Shown: in pieces, positions 28,501 to 40,828 of the stretch
Layout: each line of letters begins with the position of its first letter
Numbering within the stretch: position 1 is the first letter of the stretch
From: Tubulanus polymorphus
Lineage: Eukaryota > Animalia > Nemertea
NCBI RefSeq assembly: GCF_964204645.1
Contig: NC_134035.1
Span: 1,612,001 to 1,676,000 of the forward strand
Direction: 5' to 3'
DNA length: 64,000 nt
Notes under the pieces: model-generated
The model's database searches: none
Seen by the model: the letters and a program-made list of their open reading frames with translations, nothing else
Told to the model about the DNA's origin: nothing
Made by a program: the position numbers and the translations under genes

Positions 28501-31500
28501 GCAGAGCCAGTTTATCACGCGGTGAGTTGACATTAGGATCAGTTGACCACCGCGCGTTGACGGTAAATGATAGCAGAGCCAGTTTATCACGCGGTGAGTT
28601 GACATTAGGTTCAGTTGACCACCGCGCGTTGACGGTAAATGATAGCAGTGCCAGTTTATCACGCGGTGAGTTGACATTAGGTTCAGTTGACCACCGCGCG
28701 TTGACGGTAAATGATAGCAGTGCCAGTCGATCGCTACTTTAATCAAAACGTAAACGTAAACGATCATAAGCGGAATATCGCGATGGTGATGAAGCGTTTA
28801 CGAATTTTAAAACCAGTCTAATTACGCGAAGTAACCAAACGTAGTAACGAACAAACGAGGCGATTCAGCTCCTTTAACTCCTTCCACTACCCGATTACAC
28901 AACGTACACTTTCAACCAAATTTTTCTTTCTGGAAAATATCTCGAGATCGCAAGCGAGAAGGAACGCTAGCGAGTAATTTGTGCACTGGAACGTTTGTGA
29001 TTCGACCTGTTTCGTTATTACTCGCGATCGTGACGTATTGGACTATATACGCTAAAATACCGTCCACGAGACGCAACTGATAGTGATACTGTCCACGAGA
29101 TGGAACTGATAGCGATACCGTCCACGAGATGCAACTGACAGCGATACCGTCCACGAGACGCAACTGATAGCGATACCGTCCACGAGACGCAACTGATAGC
29201 GATACCGTCCACGAGACGCAACTGATAGCGATACCGTCCACGAGACGCAACTGATAGCGATACTGTCCACGAGATGGAACTGATAGCGATACCGTCCACG
29301 AGACGCAACTGATAGCAATACTGTCCTCGAGACGAAACTGATAGCGATACCGTCCACGAGACGCAACTGAATGCGATACCGTCCACGAGACGCAACTGAT
29401 GGCGATACCGTCCACGAGACGCAACTGAACGCGATACCGTCCACGAGACGCAACTGATGGCGATACCGTCCACGAGATGCAACTGATAGCGATACTGTCC
29501 ACGAGACGCAACTGATAGCGATACCGTCCACGAGACGCAACTGAACGCGATACCGTCCACGAGACGCAACTGATAGCGATACCGTCCACGAGATGCAACT
29601 GATAGCGATACTGTCCACGAGACGCAACTGATAGCGATACCGTCCACGAGACGCAACTGAACGCGATACCGTCCACGAGACGCAACTGATGGCGATACCG
29701 TCCACGAGATGCAACTGATAGCGATACTGTCCACGAGACGCAACTGATAGCGATACCGTCCACGAGACGCAACTGAACGCGATACCGTCCACGAGACGCA
29801 ACTGATAGCGATACCGTCCACGAGATGCAACTGATAGCGATACTGTCCACGAGACGCAACTGATAGCAATACTGTCCACGAGACGAAACTGATAGCAATA
29901 CTGTCCACGAGATGGAACTGATAGCGATACCGTCCACTAGACGCAACTGAACGCGATACCGTCCACGAGACGCAACTGATAGTGATACTGTCCACGAGAT
30001 GGAACTGATAGCGATACCATCCACGAGACGCAACTGATAGCGATACCGTCCACGAGACGCAACTGATAGCGATACTGTCCACGAGACGCAACTGATAGCG
30101 ATACTGTCCACGAGACGCAACTGATAGCGATACCGTCCACGAGACGCAACTGATAGCGATACTGTCCACGAGATGGAACTGATTGCGATACCGTCCACGA
30201 GACGCAACTGATAGCGATACCGTCCACGAGATGCAACTGATAGCAATATAATGGATTTTGATTGATCAGATTTGTTCACACTGTACGACGTTGTTTTTGC
30301 GAAGCAGTGTTTTCCGGTTCATTGTAACAACAGCAAATTGGAGAAACTGAAATGATAAAACAAAATATAAATACAGATTTCAAACACATCAAAATATTAC
30401 ACAAAACTACAAATTTTAAAGTGAGAAGTGATGAGAAAGATAATTACCTGATTTGCTTGAGTTGTTTGCCCAGTTGACCGTTGAATGTTGGTGGAGTAAT
30501 AAGACTGAATGACTCCAAGATAGAGTTGACATTAGATCTGACCATTGAGTCGACATTTAGCTGAGAGTAGCGTTGACCGCAGTTTGAGTTGACAGTACTG
30601 AGTTGATCGCAGGGTTAGATGACCACCGCGCGTTGACGGTAAATGATAGCAGTGCCAGTCGATCGCGTGGTGAGTTGACAGTAGATTCAGTTGACCACCG
30701 CGCGTTGACGGTAAATGATAGCAGAGCCAGTTTATCACGCGGTGAGTTGACATTAGGATCAGTTGACCACCGCGCGTTGACGGTAAATGATAGCAGAGCC
30801 AGTTTATCACGCGGTGAGTTGACATTAGGTTCAGTTGACCACCGCGCGTTGACGGTAAATGATAGCAGTGCCAGTTTATCACGCGGTGAGTTGACATTAG
30901 GTTCAGTTGACCACCGCGCGTTGACGGTAAATGATAGCAGTGCCAGTCGATCGCTACTTTAATCAAAACGTAAACGTAAACGATCATAAGCGGAATATCG
31001 CGATGGTGATGAAGCGTTTACGAATTTTAAAACCAGTCTAATTACGCGAAGTAACCAAACGTAGTAACGAACAAACGAGGCGATTCAGCTCCTTTAACTC
31101 CTTCCACTACCCGATTACACAACGTACACTTTCAACCAAATTTTTCTTTCTGGAAAATATCTCGAGATCGCAAGCGAGAAGGAACGCTAGCGAGTAATTT
31201 GTGCACTGGAACGTTTGTGATTCGACCTGTTTCGTTATTACTCGCGATCGTGACGTATTGGACTATATACGCTAAAATACCGTCCACGAGACGCAACTGA
31301 TAGTGATACTGTCCACGAGATGGAACTGATAGCGATACCGTCCACGAGATGCAACTGACAGCGATACCGTCCACGAGACGCAACTGATAGCGATACCGTC
31401 CACGAGACGCAACTGATAGCGATACCGTCCACGAGACGCAACTGATAGCGATACCGTCCACGAGACGCAACTGATAGCGATACCGTCCACGAGACGCAAC

Positions 31501-33480
31501 TGATAGCGATACCGTCCACGAGACGCAACTGATAGCGATACTGTCCACGAGATGGAACTGATAGCGATACCGTCCACGAGACGCAACTGAACGCGATACC
31601 GTCCACGAGACGCAACTGATAGCGATACCGTCCACGAGATGCAACTGATAGCGATACTGTCCACGAGACGAAACTGATAGCAATACTGTCCACGAGATGG
31701 AACTGATAGCGATACCGTCCACGAGACGCAACTGAACGCGATACCGTCCACGAGACGCAACTGATAGCGATACTGTCCACGAGACGCAACTGATAGCGAT
31801 ACCGTCCACGAGATGCAACTGATAGCGATACCGTCCACGAGGCGCAACTGATAGCGATACCGTCCACGAGACGCAACTGATAGCGATACCGTCCACGAGA
31901 CGCAACTGATAGCGATACCGTCCACGAGACGCAACTGATAGCGATACTGTCCACGAGATGGAACTGATAGCGATACCGTCCACGAGACGCAACTGAACGC
32001 GATACCGTCCACGAGACGCAACTGATAGCGATACCGTCCACGAGATGCAACTGATAGCGATACCGTCCACGAGACGCAACTGATAGCGATACCGTCCACG
32101 AGATGCAACTGATAGCGATACCGTCCACGAGATGCAACTGATAGCGATACCGTCCACGAGGCGCAACTGATAGCGATACCGTCCACGAGACGCAACTGAT
32201 AGCGATACCGTCCACGAGACGCAACTGATAGCGATACCGTCCACGAGACGCAACTGATAGCGATACTGTCCACGAGATGGAACTGATAGCGATACCGTCC
32301 ACGAGACGCAACTGAACGCGATACCGTCCACGAGACGCAACTGATAGCGATACCGTCCACGAGATGCAACTGATAGCGATACTGTCCACGAGACGAAACT
32401 GATAGCGATACTGTCCACGAGATGGAACTGATAGCGATACCGTCCACGAGACGCAACTGAACGCGATACCGTCCACGAGACGCAACTGATGGCGATACCG
32501 TCCACGAGATGCAACTGATAGCGATACTGTCCACGAGACGCAACTGATAGCGATACCGTCCACGAGACGCAACTGATAGCGATACTGTCCACGAGACGCA
32601 ACTGATAGCGATACTGTCCACGAGACGCAACTGATAGCGATACCGTCCACGAGATGCAACTGATAGCGATACCGTCCACGAGATGCAACTGATAGCGATA
32701 CCGTCCACGAGATGCAACTGATAGCAATATAGTGGATTTTGATTGATCAGATTTGTTCACACTGTACGACGTTGTTTTTGCGAAGCAGTGTTTTCCGGTT
32801 CATAGTAACAACAGCAAATTGGAGAAACTGAAATGATAAAACAAAATATAAATACAGATTTCAAACACATCAAAATATTACACAAAACTACAAATTTTAA
32901 AGTGAGAAGTGATGAGAAAGATAATTACCTGATTTGCTTGAGTTGTTTGCCCAGTTGACCGTTGAATGTTGGTGGAGTAATAAGACTGAATGACTCCAAG
33001 ATAGAGTTGACATTAGATCTGACCATTGAGTCGACATTTAGCCGAGAGTAGCGTTGACCGCAGTTTGAGTTGACAGTACTGAGTTGATCGCAGGGTTAGA
33101 TGACCACCGCGCGTTGACGGTAAATGATAGCAGAGCCAGTTTATCACGCGGTGAGTTGACATTAGGTTCAGTTGACCACCGCGCGTTGACGGTAAATGAT
33201 AGCAGAGCCAGTTTATCACGCGGTGAGTTGACATTAGGTTCAGTTGACCACCGCGCGTTGACGGTAAATGATAGCAGTGCCAGTCGATCGCGTGGTGAGT
33301 TGACAGTAGATTCAGTTGACCACCGCGCGTTGACGGTAAATGATAGCAGAGCCAGTTTATCACGCGGTGAGTTGACATTAGGTTCAGTTGACCACCGCGC
33401 GTTGACGGTAAATGATAGCAGAGCCAGTCGATCGCTACTTTAATCAAAACGTAAACGATCATAAGCGGAATATCGCGATG
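25570..33480. repeat. Nested macrosatellite: ~2-2.5 kb units, each made of unique segments + a 29-bp array + a 72-bp array; older partial copy at 21930-23800
   Basis: Equivalent positions at 26353, 28312, 30532 and 33013; 29-mer TCCACGAGACGCAACTGATAGCGATACCG; the 72-mer gives the 24-aa periodicity seen in the ORF track. Confidence 0.95.
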
Positions 33481-33867
33481 GTAGCGGATCCGGGTTCGAC
33501 GACGACGACGAATCGAGACAAGTAAAAGGATGGTCCGGGTAAAGCCTTTTACGAAATATAATCGAACAAAAACCATTTATGATTACAATAAAGCTCCACT
33601 GCGGCATAAAAATCCCTCAACTAACCCGTGGTATATCCCTGAACCAAATAAACAAGAATCCTATATTGGGCGGGTAAAATGTGATAATATGAGAGGAACA
33701 AGTTTATCGCGATATCAATAAGTTTATCGCGATATCAATATTAAAAAGTTAACAGGGTAAAACATTTCTTCACAGGAATGTTTTCATGTACAGTAAAAAT
33801 ACCAAGGTTACGCCCTCAGTTACAACTGATCTAAACATTAAGTCAGTTTGTATTATTGAATCTATTT

Positions 33868-34360
33868 ACATAAGATGGCAGTTATACTGCGTAATGAAAT
33901 CTGGTTTCAGTAAAAAACGGCGAAGGTATCTTCAGATAGATCGAAGGGAAAAAAATCTCAATGAAATCTGGTTTCAGTAAAAACTGTAAACCTTCAGCAA
34001 TCTATTTCATCGCAAAATATCAGAGTACAGCAAAACTCTGCATTCAACATTAGATCAGATTTTAAAACTTTTTACATAAGATGGCAGTTATACTGCGTAA
34101 TGAAATCTGGTTTCAGTAAAAAAACGGCGAAGGTATCTTCAGATAGATCGAAGGGAAAAAAATCTCAATGAAATCTGGTTTCAGTAAAAACTGTAAACCA
34201 TCAGCAATCTATTTCATCGCAAAATATCAGAGTACAGCAAAACTCTGCATTCAACATTAGATCAGATTTTAAAACTTTTTACATAAGATGGCAGTTATAC
34301 TGCTAATGAAATATGGTTTCAGGAAAACCGTAAACCTTTAGCAATCTATTTCATTGTGAA
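33868..34360. repeat. ~206-bp tandem duplication, ~2.4 copies
   Basis: TACATAAGATGGCAGTTATACTGC at ~33868, 34074 and 34280. Confidence 0.85.
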
Positions 34361-34892
34361 ATAGATGAAAATATATATAGTTGACCTCATCATCACATTG
34401 TTATAACGGGTGGGTGGGGCCCCCCAAAACATATTGAAGTCCAAGGGCCCCCAACTAGATCTAATTGCCAAGCCACATAAAGATCAGTAATAATATATAT
34501 AAAGACCATCAACGGTCCACAGTTAAAGTGTCGCAACACTGCAACACATATTCGGATGATAATAATTATCATCGTTATCCCGAGGCTCACGCCAATTTAT
34601 CGAGTTCAAAAAAGTGACTTGGCAATGTACCGCAGCGGAGAAAAAAATCGATAAAAAACATCCCGGGACCCACCAAAAAAATAAAAGGGTACTTACTGGC
34701 AAAAGCAGACGCATACAGTCGACAGAGGCTCAGATCACAGCGCCGCAGCATAAACCGTGGAACAGCGCAGAAGCAGTGAAGCACGGACAGAGGAGAGCAT
34801 GGAAGAGGCGAAGGTATCTTCAGATAGATCGAAGGCAAAAAAAGGGTAACCAGCAGCAAAACACACGTAGTCAACTAATTTGACCTACGAAA

Positions 34893-35936
34893 TAACGAAT
34901 GAGTAGTCGTATACTTGAACTAACGAATGAGTAGTCGTATACTTGAACTAACGAATGAGTAGTCGTATACTTGAACTAACGAATGAGTAGTCGTATACTT
35001 GAACTAACGAATGAGTAGTCGTATACTTGAACTAACGAATGAGTAGTCGTATACTTGAACTAACGAATGAGTAGTCGTATACTTGAACTAACGAATGAGT
35101 AGTCGTATACTTGAACTAACGAATGAGTAGTCGTATACTTGAACTAACGAATGAGTAGTCGTATACTTGAACTAACGAATGAGTAGTCGTATACTTGAAC
35201 TAACGAATGAGTAGTCGTATACTTGAACTAACGAATGAGTAGTCGTATACTTGAACTAACGAATGAGTAGTCGTATACTTGAACTAACGAATGAGTAGTC
35301 GTATACTTGAACTAACGAATGAGTAGTCGTATACTTGAACTAACGAATGAGTAGTCGTATACTTGAACTAACGAATGAGTAGTCGTATACTTGAACTAAC
35401 GAATGAGTAGTCGTATACTTGAACTAACGAATGAGTAGTCGTATACTTGAACTAACGAATGAGTAGTCGTATACTTGAACTAACGAATGAGTAGTCGTAT
35501 ACTTGAACTAACGAATGAGTAGTCGTATACTTGAACTAACGAATGAGTAGTCGTATACTTGAACTAACGAATGAGTAGTCGTATACTTGAACTAACGAAT
35601 GAGTAGTCGTATACTTGAATTAACGAATGAGTAGTCGTATACTTGAACTAACGAATGAGTAGTCGTATACTTGAACTAACGAATGAGTAGTCGTATACTT
35701 GAACTAACGAATGAGTAGTCGTATACTTGAACTAACGAATGAGTAGTCGTATACTTGAACTAACGAATGAGTAGTCGTATACTTGAACTAACGAATGAGT
35801 AGTCGTATACTTGAACTAACGAATGAGTAGTCGTATACTTGAACTAACGAATGAGTAGTCGTATACTTGAACTAACGAATGAGTAGTCGTATACTTGAAC
35901 TAACGAATGAGTAGTCATACTCTTTGAACTAACGAA
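34893..35936. repeat. Near-perfect 28-bp tandem array, ~37 copies
   Basis: TAACGAATGAGTAGTCGTATACTTGAAC; one internal variant seen near 35620. Confidence 0.97.
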
Positions 35937-36175
35937 CACGCTTAGTTTTACATCCAAGATAAAAGCTTGGTTTAGTTGTAGTGAGTATGTTGTAAACATA
36001 CTTACATCAAAAATATTGAAAATATTCCTGGATAAGATGCAGAAAGCGAGTGCAACTTCATACATAGAGAAAGGCTAATGCCTGAACTTTTAACATGAAT
36101 AACTGCATCGTACTGTAAACTCATTAACAATTACTACCAATTAATGAAACGAATATCTCGGCATTTTTATATATA

Positions 36176-39100
36176 GGGGATATAGTTTATCTTACCCCAA
36201 AGTGAAGAAATGATTCTTGTGGAGCTTATCTTACTCCAAAGAGAAGATCCATGTATTACTAAATAAATAGGGGTTATATTCATCTTACCCCAAAGTAAAA
36301 GATTCTTACAGGGGTAGCTTATCTTACTCCAAAGAGAAAAGAGATTCTTACAGGGGTAGTTTATCTTACCCCATAGTAAAATGATTCTTACAGGGATAGC
36401 TTATCTTACCCCAAAGAGAAAAAAGATTCTTACAGGGGTAGTTTATCTTACCCCATAGTAAAATGATTCTTACAGGGATAGCTTATCTTACCCCAAAGTA
36501 AAAGATTCTTACAGGGATAGCTTATTTTACCCCAAAGTAAAAGATTCTTACAGGAGCAGCTTGTCTTGTATTTCTTATGTTATATTTATCTTACCCGTAG
36601 GAAAAATGAGATTCTAACAGGGGTATGGCTTATCTTACCCCATAGTGAAATGATTCTGACAGGGGTAGCTCATCTTACCCCAAAGTGAAGATTCATGTAT
36701 TACTAAATAGGGGTTATATTCATCTTACCCCAAAGTAAAAGATTCTCACAGGGGTAGTTTATCTTACCCCAAAGTAAAAGATTCTGACAGGGGTAGTTTA
36801 TCTTACCCCAAAGAGAAGATCATGTATTGCTAAATAAATAGGGGTTATATTCATCTTACCCCAAAGTAAAAGATTCTTACAGGGGTAGCTTATCTTACTC
36901 CAAAGAGAAAAGAGATTCTTACAGGGGTAGCTTATCTTACCCCATAGTAAAAGATTCTTACAGGGGTAGCTTATCTTACTCCAAAGAGAAAAGAGATTCT
37001 TACAGGGATAGCTTATCTTACCCCATAGTAAAAGATTCTTACAGGGGTAGCTTATCTTACCCCAAAGTAAAAGATTCTTACAGGGGTAGCTTATCTTACT
37101 CCAAAGAGAAAAGAGATTCTTACAGGGATAGCTTATCTTACCCCATAGTAAAAGATTCTTACAGGGGTAGCTTATCTTACCCCAAAGTAAAAGATTCTTA
37201 CAGGGGTAGCTTATCTTACTCCAAAGGTAAAAGATTCTTACAGGGGTAGTTTATCTTACCCCAAAGTAAAAGATTCTTACAGGGGTAGCTTATCTTACTC
37301 CAAAGGTAAAAGATTCTTACAGGGGTAGTTTATCTTACCCCAAAGTAAAAAATTCTTACACGGTAGCTTATCTTACTCCAAAGGTAAAAGATTCTTACAG
37401 GGGTAGCTTATCTTACCCCAAAGGTAAAAGATTCTTACAGGGGTAGTTTATCTTACCCCATAGTAAAATGATTCTTACAGGGATAGCTTATCTTACCCCA
37501 AAGTAAAACATTCTTACATGGTAGCTTATCTTACTCCAAAGGTAAAAGAGATTCTTACAGGGGTAGCTTATCTTACCCCAAAGACAGATTCTTACAGGGG
37601 CAGTTTATCTTACCCCAAAGAGAAGATTCATGTATTACTAAATAAATAGGGGTTATATTTATCTTACCCCAAAGGTAAAAGATTCTTACAGGGGTAGTTT
37701 ATCTTACCCCAAAGTAAACAGATTCTTACAGGGGTAGCTTATCTTACCCCGAAAAGAAGATCGGGGTTTGAACTCACAGACTGAGCTCAAACTAGTAAGC
37801 CTTACCTCTCCTCAAGGGTACATAACATACACCGAGCTTATCTTACCCCAAGTGAAACATTTTTACAGGGGTTGTAGCCTATCTTACCTCAAAGTGAAGA
37901 AAAGATTCTGACAAGTTTTTCTTTTATTAATAATGTTATATTTATCTTACACGTAGGAGAAATGAGATTCTAGGAGTAGTTTACCCAAAAGTGATATGAT
38001 TCTTACAGGGGTAGCTCATCTTACCCCAAAGTGAAGAAAAGATACAGGAGCAGTTTGTCTTGTATTTTTACGATAGATATTTTTCTAAGAAATGTTGCTG
38101 CTTATGAGAGAAATGAGATTCTAACAGGGGTAGTTTATCTTACCCCACAGGGCAAAGAGATTCTAACAGGAGCAGTTTAGCAGTTTATCTTGCCCCGAAG
38201 TGAAAACATTTTTCCAGGGGTAGCTTATCTTACCCCAAAGAGAAGAGATTCTTACAGGAGCAGTTTGTTTTCCCCCAAAATAAACAGATTCTTACAGGGG
38301 TAGTTTATCTTACCCCAAAGAGAAGATTCACTGAATAAACAGGGTAGTTTATCTTACCCCAAAGATTCTGACAGGGGAAGTATGTCTTACCCCAAAGAGA
38401 GGATTGTTTGGGGTTTGAACTCATCTAGTTAGCCATACCTCTCCTCAAGGGTACTTAACATACATCAAGCTTATCTTACCCCAAGTGAAACATTTTTACA
38501 GGGGTTACATTTATCTTATCCCAACGGAAAAAGTTTGTTGCAGGGGTAGTTTATCTTACCCCAAAGTAAGAAAAGATTCTTACATGAACAGTTTACTTTC
38601 CCCAAAAAGAAAAGATTCATGTATAACTAAACAAGGGTTGTAGTTTATTTTACCCAAAAGGTAAAAAAAACACTTTTACAGGACTATTTTATCTAGGTCA
38701 AAAGTGAAAAGCATATATCACCACTACAGATTCATGCCTTACTAAACAGGGTTTGTAGCTTAACCTACCCCAAAGTATAATACGATTCTTACAGGGGTAG
38801 CTTATCTTACCCCAAAGAGAAGATTCACTGAATAAACAGGTTAGCTTATCTTACCCTAAAGTAAAAATAGATTCTTACATGAACAGTTTATCTTTCCCCA
38901 AAAAGAAGAAAAGATTCATGTATTAATAAACAAGGGTTGTAGTTTATCTTACCCAAAAGGTAAAAAATAAACACTTTTACAGGACTAGTTTATCTAGGTT
39001 AAAAGCATATATCACCACAAAGTACAGATTCATGCCTTACTAAACAGGGTTTGTAGCTTAACCTACCCCAAAGTAATAAGATTCTTACAGGGGAAGCTCA

Positions 39101-40140
39101 TCTCGCCCCAAAAAGAAGATTGGGGTTTTAACTCACTGAGCTCAAACTAGTAAGCCATCCCTCTCCTCAAGGATAGCTATACATAACATACACCAAGCTT
39201 ATTTATTCATTTATTAATTATCTATCTTACCCGTAGGAGAAAAGAGATTCTTACAGGTGTAGCTTATCTTACCCCCAAAGAAAAGATTCACTGAATAAAC
39301 AGGGTAGCTTATCTTACCCCAAAGAGAAGATTCACTGAATAAACAGGGGTTGTAGCTTATCTTACCCCAAAGATTCTGACAGGGGAAGTATGTCTTACCC
39401 CAAAGAGAGGATTGTTTGGGGTTTGAACTCATCTAGTTAGCCTTACCTCTCCTCAAGGGTACTTAACATACATCAAGCTTATCTTACCCCAAGTGAAACA
39501 TTTTTACAGGGGTTACATTTATCTTACCCCAACGGAAAAAGTTTCTTGCAGGGGTAGTTTATCTTACCCCAAAGTAAGAATAGACTCTTACATGAACAGT
39601 TTATCTTTCCCCAAAAAGAAAAGATTCATGTATTACTAAACAAGGTTTGTAGCGTTTATCTTACCCCAAAAGAGAAGGGATTCTTACTCTTACAGGAGCA
39701 GTATATTGATCTTTTACCCAAAAAGATTCTTGTATTACTAAAATAAACATGGGTAGTTTATCTTACCCCAAAGAGAAAGGAGATTCTAACATGGGTATTC
39801 TGTCGTACCCCAAAGAGATTCTAACAGGGGTAGTAACCCTAATAATAAAAAGATTCTAACAGGGGTAATTTATCTTACCCTAAAGAGACGAGATTCTAAC
39901 AGGGGTAGCTTATCTTACCCCAAAGTGGAAATATTTTTACAGGTGCAGTTTATATAGGTCAAAAGTGAAAAGCTTATATTAGCACAAAGTACAGATTCAT
40001 GTATTGCTAAACAGGGGTTGAGAGCTTTAATCTTACCCCAAAGTGATTCCAACAGGTGCAGTTTATCTTACTTCAAAAAGAAAATTCTTGTATTACTAAA
40101 CTGGGGCGGTATTCAACTTATCCCAAAGTGAAAAAAGATT
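36176..40140. repeat. ~39-41-bp palindromic satellite with degenerate edges
   Basis: CAGGGGTAGCTTATCTTACCCCAAAGTAAAAGATTCTTA; most regular at 36870-37750. Confidence 0.93.
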
Positions 40141-40828
40141 CGTATGATAATAACCGATGCATCATTAACCGGGTATTGATACAAAAGTAAGTGTTAGATA
40201 CGCACATTCTAAAATTATAGACACCACACAAAAACCATAAGATTCTACTGCATTTGAATCGAACTATAACGTTGTCCGCCCTTCACGGAGGAAATAGTAA
40301 AGGGCTCAGAATTCATACAGAAAACAATAGTTTTAACGACAGTCTTGATAACGACACAGCTAAATTCTGGGAAGTAAAACCCATTTGGAAATATGGTTAT
40401 GAACGTCCATTTCAATCGTAATCTAATTTTGCTAGATTTTAATCTAAGTTTGCTCCGAATTGGTAATGAATGTCTCCATTTCAATTCTAATGAAATAAAT
40501 CATTTTGCAAAATTATCGAAGTCTAATTATACTTTTTCTTCCTACGTTATAATATGGCTGCCTCCTCTTTACGCTTTGTTTTAACTAATTATCGCGCTCG
40601 CAACTTCTGCACGTTGAATGACAGAAGAAACTAAGCTATTTGTAACACAGCCGAGACGACTCAATGGTCACCGGGAAGAGCCCAGATACACTTCTCTATT
40701 CCCTAATAAAAATTTGGGTGCGGGTAACAAAGTTATAATAGGAAAAGGCCGGCAGACTTAAAATTGGCCGACCTGAAGGAAAGAATTCTCAATGTCACCA
40801 ATTGATGCAGATCTCTAGATAAACGAAT

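Noticed and set aside
26953-32760. Long minus-strand ORFs of 275-542 aa
   Set aside because: The 29-bp monomer lacks stops on that strand, so all three frames are open with the same cyclic peptide; tandem-repeat artefact
34893-35936. CRISPR-like array (28-bp period)
   Set aside because: Head-to-tail repeats with no unique spacers, no cas genes, eukaryotic context
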